Shown: one piece after another, positions 13,447-26,367 of the stretch
How positions within the stretch are numbered: position 1 is the first letter of the stretch
How the letters are laid out: each line of letters begins with the position of its first letter
NCBI GenBank assembly: GCA_013265495.1
Contig: MU058451.1
Span: 186,001-250,000, forward strand
Direction of reading: 5' to 3'
Length of the DNA: 64,000 nucleotides
Source: Vicugna vicugna
Lineage: Eukaryota
Notes under the pieces: generated by a model
What the model was told of the DNA's origin: nothing
The model's input: the letters and a program-made list of their open reading frames with translations, nothing else
Database searches by the model: none
Made by a program: the position numbers and the translations under genes

Positions 13447-13537
13447 TTTTTTTTTTTTTTAAAGAGGTACTGGGAATTGAACCCAGGACCTTGGGCATGC
13501 TAACCATGTACTCTACCACTGAGCTATACCCTCCCCC
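13447..13537 (-). mobile_element. tRNA-derived SINE (camelid Vic-1-like)
   Basis: Minus strand reads GGGGGAGGGTATAGCTCAGTGGTAGAG...GGTCCTGGGTTCAATTCCCAGTACCTC plus A tail; Pol III A and B boxes visible. Confidence 0.85.
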
Positions 13538-13999
13538 AATAACATTTTTTTTTAAAGAAAGAAAAATATTAAACGGTTTGCATTTCTCTGTGACGTCACT
13601 AATTCCTTATAGAGTGTCATCTAGAATGATTCTGAGTATTATTTTAACAACCTTGGATTTTTTTCAAGAAATTAATTTTTCAGATGAGAACATAATGTGA
13701 CCTGTTATTTCAGTTCTGTGTTTATATGTGATGGCTCAGATATACCAACTTGACCTCACCTTTCCTACTATCCATTTCTCCTTAGATACTTCTTATACTG
13801 ATGGTCTACAAAATTCTTTAGCATTAATCAGAAGTTTTGGTTGCGAATAAAGACAGAGTGATCTTCATTTGGTTTGAAAACCAGTCAGACTGATCTTAAA
13901 AAGAGAGGAAGGTGAATAAGAAATAATTTAATTAAGCCTCTCCCGACAAAGCCCAGTTTCAAGGAAGTGATTATCTCCAATTTAGGTAACTTCTAATAA

Positions 14000-14345
14000 C
14001 AGGACTCAGAAAGCCACAGCTGGCCTGCCGGCTAAGTCCTGCCCACCACCTGTTTCTGCATGGCCCACGAGCTAAGAATGGATTTATATTTTTTAATAGT
14101 TGAAAATAAAAATCAAAAGAAGGGTATTTTGTGACACACGAAACTTGTATCAAATTCAAATATCAGTGCCTGTGGATAAATCTGATAGGGACAGAGCACA
14201 CTCGTTTGCTTCTGCAATGTCTAGGGCAGTTTTCATGCTGCAGTGACAGAACTGACCATCTGTGGCAGAGGCCACGTGGCCTGCAAGGCCTAAAATATTA
14301 CCCTTTGGCCCTTTACAGAATAAAAGTCAGCGTCCCCAGCTCTAG
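14000..14345 (+). mobile_element. MER58-like hAT-Charlie DNA transposon relic
   Basis: GGCCCACGAGCTAAGAATGG...GGCCTGCAAGGCCTAAAATATTACCCTTTGGCCCTTTACAGAA resembles MER58. Confidence 0.7.
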
Positions 14346-14532
14346 AACCGTGTCCCTCTTCACTGGACATTTGGAACATGCAGCTCCAGCGGGAATCAAC
14401 TCTCTTTCAAACCAAGAACGAGAGAGAAGGCTTATTTTTATCGAGTCACATGAGGCCTCAGAATGCCCCTGTGGAGAAAATCCCTGACGGACACGGATTA
14501 GTACACTGGGCAGGACCCATGACCAAACTTAC

Positions 14533-15802
14533 CTGCTCACTCGGCTCAAAGCTCATCTCCTCCTTTTCAGTTTTCATAGCTATTAATTTTGTGTTACTGG
14601 CAGGGTCTGTCTTACTGTCCAGTCGCTCAAGTTTGGGGGTTATTTCTGGTAAACCAATATCTTTAGTATCATCTTTATCGAGCAAATAGCGAAGTAGTGC
14701 ATTCTCTTTCTTCTTGGGGCTCACTGGCTCCTGTTTAATAGTCACCTCGGAACCAGGAGCCGTGCTGGTGGCCTCCTGGTTCAGCTCTTTGCCCGTGGCC
14801 TCTGCTGTTAACTTGGCCAGGTCCACGGGGGAACTGCTGTCCTGCAAGAGTCTGTGCAAAATCTTATGCTTCTCCTTGAGCGAGGTTCCGTGCGTCGACC
14901 CAGAACCAGGCAAGCTGCCTGCGGAGTCCTTGTTTGCGTCCGACAAGGAGCTGGACAAGGGCGAGGGCTCCATCTGGTCCGATTTGGTGGTCAACAGCTG
15001 CAGGAGCTTGGTCTGTCCCTTGCCGTCGTGCAGCCTGCTCTGGCCGTCGGGCCTCTCGCTGCTCACGGCCGGGGCCAGGCTGGGCTCACTCGCTTCCTTC
15101 TGCTCCCCGGGGTGGCAGCTGCTCTCGGCCTGTCCGGCTGCACCTTCCGATGGCTCCCCGTAAAGTCCAAAACAGTCTTTGGAGTCTAAACTTCCCATCT
15201 TGCTGAGTGGGGGAGGGTTCATATGAACCGGGGAGTTCTGCAAATTGCCCATTTTCAGGTCCGGCGAAGCCAACGACGACCCCAGGGAGACCCCGTGCCC
15301 CTCGCTGAGGGCCTGGAGCGCGTTGAGGGAGCTGTTGGTGTAGCTATGGCTGTTTCCTGTGCTGCTGCAAACTCCCACGGGGGAATGCAAGCTTCCCGCG
15401 GGGGAGAACTGGCTGGGGGGGACCCGCGGGCTCCCAGCCACTCCAGGGCTCATGCGATGCCTCGGCGAGAGCATGGAGTTGGGCTGCCCGGGATTCATGC
15501 CAGGGCTGCTCTGTGAGGGGCTGTTCATTTTTAGTGCATAGTTGCTACCCTGAGGAGTGGCCGCCTGCATGCTCGACACGTGGTTCATTCCCCCAGAACC
15601 ACCAAACCTGCCCATGGGCATGCCCATCTGTTCCTTTGGGCCGTTTATGGGGAAATTCATATTGCTGCCTAGGCTCATGTCCTGACCTGGGTTCCCACTG
15701 CACAGGGCCTGATGGGCAGGGCTGCTAGAGCTAATTGGATTCAATGGCTTCCCCAGCGCTTGTCCAGTCAGATCCGGATTCATCACACACACGTTCTGCT
15801 CT
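14533..15802 (-). CDS. NCOA2: NCOA2 exon 11: S/T-rich region and nuclear-receptor interaction domain with three LxxLL boxes
   Basis: 1270 nt within ORF 14458..15825; (R)[10 protein letters not shown]...[13 protein letters not shown] 14992-15006, LHRLL 14845-14859, LRYLL 14680-14694; CAG and GTAAGT boundaries. Confidence 0.98.
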
Positions 15803-16966
15803 CTGCAGGATGAGGAAAGAAACACAAGATAAAAGGAAGAATGCTTAGCAAGCTGTTATTAACTTCAACAAATGAGATCGCCTCATTAAAAGAAGACACT
15901 ACATGTAAAGGAAAGATAACACTCTGATGAAGCAATCTGCAGTGACAGACAAGACTGAACGTGCATCGTTTTGGACCAAGAGGGGTGTTTTTCAGTCAAC
16001 TCATTAAGATGTTTGTAGTTTTACAGACAGGGCTGTGTTTAAATTTGACTACTACCATATTGAGATCGTAGCTGCTAGACAAGACATTAGAAGGGTTCCA
16101 ATTACATAATACATCTTTCTCATTAAACGGTTATCATGAGAACTTGTACTGTCTTAAAGAAAACAACCCAAACAAGTATAGCTGTCTTCAGTTATTTGCC
16201 GGAGATGACAGTTCCTGACAAAAGACACACCTGTGAGCCTGGAGCGCTGATGTGTCCGCTTGGCTCAAGACAAATAGGAAAATTAGGCAGAAAAAACTTG
16301 CCCCTAACTATTTGAAACTCTGCAAGATTTACAGCCAATAAAGTTACCAAAACTGTTTAGAGTTAGATAACCTGTCTAACAGATCGCCCCACCCAGGTCC
16401 CCCTGAAAGGTGATGCAAGGGCCTCTAATCTAAGTCAGACAACACGGGAGGGACGCTTGGGCTGCCCTGGGTCTGCCATCCTGCTCTCCGCTCGCAGACA
16501 ACTCCTCTCCACTCCCGCACGCATGACTAAAAGCAGCTTTTCTGAGCTGGATGATTTTCCAGGCCTTGTGAGCTTTAATTTACAGCCTGGCAGTCACTTG
16601 TGAGTTACCAAATGTGTTCACAAATCCAAACAAAACAGGCTTCACAAATTGTCAGACGTCAGCTTTCAGTTAGAGGGGGTGAAATCTGGCACATCTGTCT
16701 GTAATCACTTTCAAATTGTTTCAGTTTGAGGTCAGATTTATTAATAGTTGGCATACAGGGATGCTTGACTTTTTAATTCCTAAATAAGAAAGTCAGTAAT
16801 TGAGAAATGTAATAAAAGGCGACTCTTTAACCAGAGCAACTTCATGTATCTTTGGACAGTACCTCATGAAGTTTCATGTAGACACACATAAGTATTTATA
16901 TAAATTGAAACATAATCATTTCCCTAAATTTGTGCTCTAAAACAATATGGCTTATGACATTTACTT

Positions 16967-17117
16967 TTTTAATTTTCAAAAATTTTTATTATTTTTCCTT
17001 TTTTATTGAAGTATATAGTCAGTTTACAATGTGTCAATTTCTGCTGTACAGCATAATGTTTCAGTCATACATATGCATACATATATTCGTTTTCATATTC
17101 TTTTTCATTATAGATTA
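16967..17117 (-). mobile_element. 5'-truncated L1 3' end with 11-bp TSD
   Basis: TTTTATTGAAGTATATAGTCAGTTTACAATGTGTCAATTTCTG...; GACATTTACTT at 16956-16966 and 17118-17128. Confidence 0.75.
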
Positions 17118-17677
17118 GACATTTACTTAAAAGTCAACACTCAATTTTCCTTACTTTTATTTTTTTATGGAAATGTTAACCTTCAATTTAAAGTCTAATG
17201 TCAAAAAGTTGATTTAAACCTGAGAATAACAACCTCAAATACTCCTTCTAAGTATATATATATTTGAAAGTTTTAGATTTAAACACAAAGTAGTAGAAAT
17301 CATTCTAATGGCTAATATCCCTGCCCTGCATGTGCCACATCTGAGAAGTGATCCATTTTCCTTCTCTGATATAACAGGCAGTCGTGTCAGAGCAAAGTGC
17401 TAGCCTGTGTTCTTCTAGCTGGGTTTTAAAATTCATTAGTATTAAGGCTAAAATTCAAAGTGTAGCCCCAACTTTGAATGTCAGTATCATGAGCAGTCTT
17501 TTAGCCAACAGTTAATGACAATTACATTTTAATTTAATTTTACATTTTTACATGCCTGGGGTCGGTCAACAGAAATGTCTAGCCAAACTGAAAAGCTGTA
17601 GGATGACTTGCTGCTTTTGTAACCTTCCCTCCTAACCTGGGCAGGGGAGGCAGCTTCCCGGAAGGAGGACCGCCTAC

Positions 17678-17825
17678 CTGTGCAGCATGTGTAACGATAT
17701 CACGAGCTGAGGCTCGTTAGTCGTCTGGGAGCGGATGAGCTTGCTCTTCGTCTGCGCGGCCACAAGAGTGCCGTCGGACAAGGAGAAACGGTAGATCTGA
17801 CTGAATGCCAGCCCTTGTCTCAGCA
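17678..17825 (-). CDS. NCOA2: NCOA2 exon 10, PAS-B C-terminal part
   Basis: 148 nt, [49 protein letters not shown](R); CAG and GTAGG boundaries; not in the ORF track, read by hand. Confidence 0.95.
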
Positions 17826-20711
17826 CTGCAGGCAAGGAGACAACGCATGTTTAGAAACAAAACCGGGGCGGGGGAGGACAAGACATAATAACAGTAAAAA
17901 ACACCATTAAGTTTAGTATTTCCCTACCAGCAAGTTAAACCGAGTTGTAAGTAATATTTCACGATATTAGAACACTATAAATTTTTAAAAGCACATTTAT
18001 CTTCCAATAAATTCAATACATTGAGTTTCTTCCCCAGCTGAAGCTTGGACCCTCAAATTATGATCTTTTAAAAATCTTCAGTATCATGGCAAAACAGTGT
18101 AACCAATTTTTTAGCTCAAAATGAGCTTTACAATGCTTTGTTTAAAATGTGAGAAAACAATACAATGATACCTCTAAAGTGTACAAGGTGCCTTTAATTT
18201 CTCTTTAAACTGATAAAAGTATTACAGTAATACTTAGATGACATTGAATATATCCTTCAAATATTCATCTTGAAGTTACGTACTGTTCAATCCATCATTC
18301 CACACTACTATTCCCCATTCCTCAGTGTATAAGAAATTTCTGTGGTTAGAACAACAGGAAGCAAAAGATAAAAACAATCAGAAGAATCTTTTCAGAGAAA
18401 AAAAAGCTGAACAGAAAACTGAAATAATGAAGGTACAGATCTTCGTGACATGAAATTGGTTTAACATCTGGATAAAGAATCAGGTGTTTCCATTTTCAAG
18501 ACTACAGTAGAAAGGATAACAAATCAACTAGGTTAAAACAATTTCTCTTAAAATTTCAGACTTCTCTTTTAAAAGAAAACTTTTAAAATGGTCAAATATT
18601 GCATTTTAAAAAAGAACATTTTGGTTCAGAAAAAAAGTAGCCATATGGTTTAGTTACCTCCTAAACCATTTTAAGAAGACTACCACATTTTACCACAAAA
18701 TCCCCAGAATAAATTTTGTGGGTTGAATAGTTGGTCGCAAAGTGACCACGCACATTCATCATTCTACAAAATTGCCACAAATGAGAGAGAGAGAGAAAAA
18801 AAAGTGAGAGAGAGAGAAAGACAGAGTTGCTGACCTACAAGGTGGATTCTGATTTCTTGGCAATATTTCACTCTGAGCAATTTCCCTGATGGAAGCCCCT
18901 CTGCAGTTTCAGGTACTCAGGTACACGCGGTATTTAGGCATTACCTTCTGCACCAACTGTTGCATGAAGTGACTCGGAACAGGCAGAGCTAGAAATGAAT
19001 TACTGTACACATGTGTATCTTGCTTTGCGCACTATGCTCCTACAAGGTAGCATAAACACTAATCTTCTATTTCTGATGGCTTATAATTTCAGAATTTTAT
19101 CTGACCTTGGCTGTGATCCCTTAAGATTTTCCATTCCATCTGCTCTACATCAAACATCTCTCCTAAGCAGGTATGTGTAAGCATGCACCTGAACACATTA
19201 GGAAGCTCCTCCGTGTAAACAAAGCCTTCTATTAGATTTTTATTCAAGGTAAATGATTACCCATTTACGTTGAATACATTTGGAAGAAATGTATTTCATA
19301 CATGGTGGGGTTTCCTTTCTGTGGGCCCCATCTGTTTAAACCTAGCACAGTGCCTGGTACAACTGTGTAAACCCTTTCGTAAGGAATCAGGAAGCCATGG
19401 AATTAATCTGAGGTATTGCTACTCAGGGCCCGAGGAGTACACGTTTCCTCGTGGGGATTTCTCATTCTTTGTTAATTTTCTTTTTATTTTAAACCAGATC
19501 TAGTGAAATGGCAGGCTGATTATTGATTTCTGTCACACATAGCATCTTTATTTCCTTTTATTCCTTCCCTACTTAAAGAAGACACAAATTGTTGGATTAT
19601 GTGCTTACTTCTAAGAAATAATGAGGAAAATGAAAAGGATGAAGAAGAGGAAGAAAATAAGGGAATGGGGAGAGAGGTCATTTACTATCATCCATACTTC
19701 TCAATAAGCAATCCTAAAGGCATTAAGTTTAAACATACAAACATTATGAGTAAAGTCTAAAATCATTGGTGCACATTAAGGAAGATGACCAATGACAACT
19801 CTATTTGAGTTACAATTTTTTTCCGCAAAAATGCAGACAATTTGCCATACTGAGCTACGAGGCACACGGTCCCTGTCCCTCTGGCCATGCCTGTGGAATC
19901 CACGCCCCACAACCAAGTGCCCCCTGCTGGGCCCGGGAGAAGAGTCAGAAGACAGAGGAAAAAGTGACTCCCTTCCCCACACAGTACTTAGTAAGCACCA
20001 AGGAATTTCTTTGTGGTTCTTGCCAATTTAACAAAAAATCAGAATGCACTGGAGAAGAAGTGATGCCGTAGACAGGACCGTGGGGACAGCACAGCGGCGT
20101 GGCTGCCAGGACAGGCCTCTCATCCCCGCGTGGTGCGGACACTTTCTAATCGAAGGCTCCTGAGGCCGTCATCTCACCGGCTGCAGCGCCCACGAGAGTC
20201 AGACGCCTACTTCATCGGTGGGCTGTGGGGACCACCGGGCTCACGTAAAGAGGGACAACGCCAGGCAAAGACAAGGTGCAGTGAGGGCTGCTATTAGTAC
20301 TGAAATACGACTCTGAAGACTTGGGTTGAGTTCCAGGTGTCCTATTCATTTACTGTGTGACCTCAGACAAGTCACTTCATCTAGAAACATCTGGAAAGTC
20401 TTCAGTGGTCATCCCCCGGAAGGAGGGTGTGGGATCCCACCGCCAGCTCCATCAGGAATTCACTTGCTCTTGCAAATTTCATTTCGTTCTTACTTTCTTT
20501 ATGATTCAGATGGTACTTCTTTTGCTATTAGAGGGTACCTGAGTCTGCTTTCTCACACATCCAGAGAGCTTGGGTCAAATAAATCATCTCTTTCACTTTC
20601 CTTTCATCTGTCTTTGTGAAATTATAACCTCCAATTCAGTTTCCTTCACCACATGCTTAGCCCTACAGGTTCTCCTACTAAATTTTCCTTCAGATAGCAA
20701 AAGTCCTGCGC

Positions 20712-20755
20712 AAGATGATGCAAGTACACATGAAGATGATGCAAGTACACATGAA
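20712..20755. repeat. Perfect 21-bp tandem duplication
   Basis: AAGATGATGCAAGTACACATG x2. Confidence 0.95.
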
Positions 20756-20884
20756 CGTGAAGGGTCACCAGATCCGAGTCCCTGGAGGGGGACGTCAGGA
20801 ATCACGGTTTTGGGGAAAGCACTCCCAAAAAGCTGCAATTCAGCAAAATCAACTTCAAGAAAAATATCATTTAGAGTTGGTTAC

Positions 20885-21028
20885 CTTCATGATGATGCCT
20901 CTTAGCATAAGACACAGACTCCCCTTCGTGCTGTGCATGGAACTTCTGAATGCACCTCCTCACCAGGTCCTCCCAGCCCGGCTTCATGGCTGCCCGCATG
21001 GTGCTAGTATCCAGTGACGTGATCTTGC
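20885..21028 (-). CDS. NCOA2: NCOA2 exon 9, PAS-B
   Basis: 144 nt, [51 protein letters not shown] and GTAAC boundaries. Confidence 0.96.
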
Positions 21029-21326
21029 CTATCAAATAACAGTGAGCATTAGACCTACACACGGATCTCATATTCACAGAAATAATTAAATCTTAAAAAG
21101 ATAAAAATTTATTTAGACCTGGTAGCACAGCGCGCTGACCACGTGGGTAGACTATGAAAACAATAATCACGAGGAAGCCCCAACCCCTCCCTGTCCCCCA
21201 GCTCCTCCTCCACGCTTTCGCCACTACCACCAGCTCCCCGACAGTCTCCTAAACCCAGTCCTTGCATTTACAAACATCTGAGTATTCAAGAATGATTTTG
21301 TGGCCTTCTCTGGCAAGAAAATTTAC

Positions 21327-21428
21327 CTTGGAGATCTTGGCGAGTGGTAAAACTTTCTGATGAGGGAAGGACTGGTCTCTCCTTCATGGGAACTCTTCTA
21401 GCCACACAAATCAGGCAGGACTGCAAAT
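21327..21428 (-). CDS. NCOA2: NCOA2 exon 8
   Basis: 102 nt, [37 protein letters not shown] acceptor, GTAAA donor. Confidence 0.95.
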
Positions 21429-21673
21429 CTTCAATCACAAACATTATCATTTTAGGCTTTGGTAGTGATGCAAAGAAACTCAAATATATTTATGACAGCA
21501 CAGACTTGCAGATCAAAGGGGAGGGTGTCCAGCTGAGGATAAACTGCGGAAGCCACATGACACGTGTGCTAAAAGCATACCCCACACAAGAGGCAGACAT
21601 CTGAAGCCGTCTCCCCAGCGGTGGGGAAGAATGGAGTTCTTCCTTATTAACTGGCTGATGGTAACAACCAGAA

Positions 21674-21829
21674 AAATTCATAATAAAGCTCACAAATGAT
21701 GAAAATGAAAAACTGATGCTCTGTCAGGGGCTGGATTCTTGAGTTTAAGGACAAATTCATAATAAAGCTCACAAATGATGAAAACGACAAACCGATGCTC
21801 TGTCAGGGGCTGGATTCTTAAGTCTGAGG
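21674..21829. repeat. 79-bp diverged tandem duplication
   Basis: AAATTCATAATAAAGCTCACAAATGATGAAAA...GCTCTGTCAGGGGCTGGATTCTT starts at 21674 and 21753; about 6 mismatches. Confidence 0.92.
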
Positions 21830-22166
21830 CTCAGCAGGATACAGGAAAACTAGATGTACCTTTGAGCAAACTATGCGAACACCCCTACAATGGCGACATG
21901 CAATGTAAGACAAAGAAGATAAGTGGAGTCTAGACTCAGATTTGGAGACCAAATCTAGAAAATGCAGCATGTGCCAAGTTCAGAGTCTTGACCCCGGCTG
22001 GCTCCTCGCAGAGCCGATGCTTCCCCCACCTCAATTGTTTAATGTTCTGGGTTCACTTCTGGAGAACAGGGAAGTGTTTTATTTATCTTGTAACATGCAG
22101 AGCATACTGCAAGCCTTTTCAGTTTCAGAAATGCTGGATAAAAAGGTTGATAACAAATGTCTCTTC

Positions 22167-22260
22167 GGGGGCTGTGGGTACAGTTCAGTGGTAGAGTGCG
22201 TGCTTATCAAAATGCACGAGATCCTGAGTTCAATCCCCAGCACCTCCATTAAAAACAAAA
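22167..22260 (+). mobile_element. tRNA-derived SINE (camelid Vic-1-like)
   Basis: GGGGGCTGTGGGTACAGTTCAGTGGTAGAGTGCGTGCT...ATCCTGAGTTCAATCCCCAGCACCTCCATTAAAAA; degenerate TSD (A)ATGTCTCTTC / AAGTCACTTC. Confidence 0.85.
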
Positions 22261-22381
22261 AGTCACTTCATATCTATGTCACTGATTTATGATCATTCAC
22301 CTTTAAATTTTGGGGAAATTTTCTTTAAATATATCCAGTAATAGTACCACACACAAAAAAATATAATCGTCATCCACATGA

Positions 22382-22630
22382 TAAAAGCTAAGATTTGGAG
22401 CATTTACTATGAGACAGGTATCTTTCTAGCTACTTTACAGGCTACTAATTCACTGAATCCTTTTAATAACTCTGTGAGGCAGGCACTAGCATCATCTCCA
22501 TTTAACAGAGGAGAAAACCAAAGCACAAAGTTTCAGCGACTTGCCCAACATCATGCAAAACTTTGGCGAAGCTGGGACTTGAACCCAAGCACGCCATGGC
22601 TCAGAAACTCCACCCTTACGCTATACTGCA
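22382..22630 (-). mobile_element. MIR SINE
   Basis: ATCTCCATTTAACAGAGGAGAAAACCAAAGCAC...ACTTGCCCAAC...GGGACTTGAACCCAAG is the reverse MIR core. Confidence 0.75.
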
Positions 22631-23449
22631 TCAATATCCAGAATCAGATTTTAAATGTACAAAAATGGTTAAATATATGGCACAGAATCATCAATGAGCT
22701 CGGCTGCAGAGTATTTTCGGTGAATCAGCAGCACTTACTCTGCTGTGTACAGGAGAATAAAATCACCTGACAGTTCGTATCTACGGAAAAATTTAATTTT
22801 GAAAACTATGTATCATCTGTGACAGCTCTATTTCTTTCCAATAAAATTTAAATTAAAAACTACTGCCATATTTTTTAAAAGAGGGTTAAATATCTAGTAC
22901 TGAGTGCCAATCACAGTTCAGGCATATTCATTTAAGCCTTATTACTCTGTGATACTGGCAGTGTTAACTTCACTGGTTGAGAGAGCAAACGGATGTTCAG
23001 AGAGGTCAGAGCTGGTAAGTGGCTGAATTAGGAGCCGGCCTGTCTGATTATTAAGCTCATGATGTTTCCTTTCACCAACGGTCCTAGCTCTTCCCCTCGT
23101 GCTCTGCATGCAGAATGTGCTCGGCAGCCCTGTCCCATGTCACAGGCAGTGACACTCAGAGGTGTGGAATGGACTGCTCAGAGGGCGTAGGGGGTGGACA
23201 CTACATCAGCATGTCTTTAAGGGGAAGAGCCTGAGAGCTCACAGCCTGGAGCCCTTTCCCTACTCCCCACGTATCTCTATCCTCTCAAGTGTCATTCTCC
23301 TACATCGTACTCTGGGCCCAGCACCCACGGATAAACCACATGAAGTTCATGACTCCCTTGAAGGTATATGAAAAATGTTTGGGCTGGGTGCATTTTCCAA
23401 GCTTGCAGTAGGTTCAGAGGAGCCTAGGATCCCCAAGAGGTTCACACGC

Positions 23450-23590
23450 TAGCAGAGCTGCTCTAGCACGTGGCTACTAAGCCACGTGTGGCTATTTAAT
23501 GTCAATTTCGTGGAAGAGAAAACGTGCTCCCCCAGTTGCATTTCGGACATTTCAAATGCTCAAAAGCCACATGCAGCCAGTGGCTGAGGC
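23450..23590. mobile_element. MER3/MER33-like DNA transposon fragment
   Basis: GCCACGTGTGGCTATTTAA...CATTTCAAATGCTCAAAAGCCACATGCAGCCAGTGGCT. Confidence 0.55.
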
Positions 23591-23726
23591 ATCAGACACT
23601 GAACGTGTAGAAAAGAGAAACTGCCTCTAAATTCTTCTTTGTGTGGCCTCCAATTTTAGATGACTGAGCATGAAAGCAGCAGCACAGGAATACGTGACAT
23701 AAAACATCCCAGAGGTGCTGCCCTAC

Positions 23727-23915
23727 CTTCTCCTTCTTCTTTGATGGACTTTGGTTGAGAGACAGCAAAGCACTGCATAGTTTCGTATTTCTGATGTGCT
23801 TCCTGGTTATCATGACCTTCCTCTTCGGAATCAGGTAAAGGTTTTACCAGCATCCGACAATTGAAAGTATGGCTGTTCCGCCTGGGAGGTTCGCCAGACC
23901 AAGATCCCCCGTTCA
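23727..23915 (-). CDS. NCOA2: NCOA2 exon 7
   Basis: 189 nt, [66 protein letters not shown] and GTAGG boundaries. Confidence 0.96.
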
Positions 23916-26367
23916 CTGAGCAAGGCAAAAAAATGAACCCAACGGTGTGAAGAAACTTAGCATCAGACTCGCTTCTGCCGAATTCTCCAAATGATGTGGG
24001 AAACCTACGGTTATTTTACTTTTATATGGTGTTCGTACTTTTCTAAGTAATTTCATAATCTAAAGGGAAAAACTTCTTGGGTCAGTGCTTTAACAACTTG
24101 AGAAAATTCTTGGGAATTTCAAATGTCTTTTACATTTCTTACCCTTCACTCCGACCCCTTCCCTTTGGGCTCAGGCCTTGATTAGTAACCAGCCACATCT
24201 TACCCATCCAACCGGATCTTTCACATTGCCCAGCACAAGCCTCCCCCATCACCTTCCGTACCCAGTCCTACACGGATCTCTCTGCTCCTGCCACCTGATC
24301 TAAAATGTCAGGCTGCCGCCCCTCCTCCCATCCAAACGTACTCCTGCCTCCTCTTACAGATCTGAAATTTTACAGAAACTTCAGTGTCTGTTCTGTAAAT
24401 TGGCTGCTGCTGAATTACCCTGTTGTAGTCTCTTTGCTCCATGTATATTTTTTCAGTAAGACTGGAATGTCCTTGAGGATACATGTTAATGTCATTTATT
24501 TCTTTTCAACTGAAACCTACTTCTGTTTTATTATCAATCCTTAGAAATGTATATACTAGTTCAATAAAAAGATAATAAAAGAAAAAGACATCTTTTTTTG
24601 GGGGGGTGATGCATCAGACAAATCAAAGAGAGGAATCGAAGAATGTCTGATTTTGAGAGTTAAAGGGTGTAAAGGTCACCAGATCACCTTCCTCATCTAC
24701 AGATGAGAAAACTGATGTCTAAAGAAATTCCAACTACTGGAAGAGCTGGAGTCAGAACAAATCCTAATTCTCATTTTGGTATTATTTTCTTTACTGTTCC
24801 TTGTGTTTTATCTAAAAAATACTAGGACCAGTAGGACAGGGAAAGAGGGAGTCAAAAAGAGGGCCAATCATTAGACAGATAAACATATCCCAAAATCACT
24901 AGTTAGAAAATGCTTAAGAGGCCATCTAGGTGGATACAATGTTAAGCCACAGGCAGGAGGCTGCAGAGGAATAAAGAAGGAAACAAACCCTAGAGAGAAA
25001 AAGGAAATACCAAGTTAATTGCCAGAAACTGTTTGACAGAAGGAAACATTGCTAGCTTTAGCCAGACACCTGAGACGTTTATTTCACCACCAGTATTCTT
25101 AAAAGCGTATGCATATAACGGAGACTATGTAATCAAAGAAAAAAGTTTTATTAATTCAGGTTAATAAGTAAGTTGAAAGCTTTTATGCTCAAAGTACAAT
25201 ATAAAGTAAGGCCAAGAGCTCTTTAGACAAGTGAATTAATAATAGTGAATTAATAGGCACAGGTCCTCTGAGGAAGTCATAAAATTACTGAAGAGATTTG
25301 AAAAATACTAGTTACTTGAAATAAGAAATCCCATTTTCTTGTTCATTTACTGGAGAATATAATAAAAGAATCTCACACGAGTATTCGCGTACTTTCTATT
25401 ACTGTGGGTCATCGCACCAGAAACGTTAGCCATAATGGAACCCAAAAGGGCCTTTTCCTACTTGCTGTGGTAACAATACGACCAGCTAGTGGAGACAGTT
25501 TTCAGAAAAGGAACAAAAATACTTGCTAACTCAGGACTTGACCTTATTCTGTACTAAAATATGCACTTCTTTTTACCCATGAAGATGTTCTTAGCATCAT
25601 CAGTTTAAGTGAGAATATAAAAAAAGAGCCACTGAGTAAGTGGGAGCAGCACTGTTCCGGAGCAGCCACTGAGGTGAGCCCACGCTGTGAATCACCCACT
25701 TTCCAATACGGCCCATCATGATCACGTCTACTTGGACGGCATCTCCGAATCAAGATGGGGAAGCAGGGAGGGTGGGGTGGAGGCAGCACACGGTGATGCC
25801 ACTTGTAGGGCCACCCAAGAGTCTGCAAAGCCCATTTAGGGCTCCCAGGCTGAGAGCATTTGGACCTCTATGCGCCACCTGTTCCTCAGCGTTTTATTTT
25901 TAGAACGTCTTATATACCCACATGGTACTCTTTTCACAAGTTGGACTTAAAATAAGTTGAATCTCAAGCTTCTCCTGACCTCCTTCTTACATGGCCATGG
26001 AGAAAACGGACAAAACAGAGTCGGCTGGCTGGACAGGGTCTGCAGGGGGGGGGGGGCAGGCACTGGACAATCAGACGAGCCCCATGGAACAGTTGTTGTA
26101 TGAGCACTTTCCATCTGAATTATTTTCATGTACTTTAAATACAAGGTCAAATAGATCATCCATTCACGGTCAACGTCAACAGATGTCCTTCTCTCCATGA
26201 CTTATAAGGTAAACACTTAACACAAGCATCTCTAAAAAACAACTCCGTTACTCTCATCCCCACTGACATAATACAGTTCTGTTTTACCCCCTCTAGTCAA
26301 GACAGTGTGTGCATAGGGGTGGGCTGGGGTGGGCTGGTGAAGAGGGACCCAGAAGGCAGTCATTTAC

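Noticed and set aside
13447..13537. tRNA gene (also 22167-22260)
   Set aside because: A and B boxes are present, but the G-rich head, A tail and lack of a clean cloverleaf indicate a SINE.
14378..15728. Several plus-strand ORFs (60-149 aa) opposite exon 11
   Set aside because: Shadow ORFs caused by the high GC of the sense exon; no recognisable protein.
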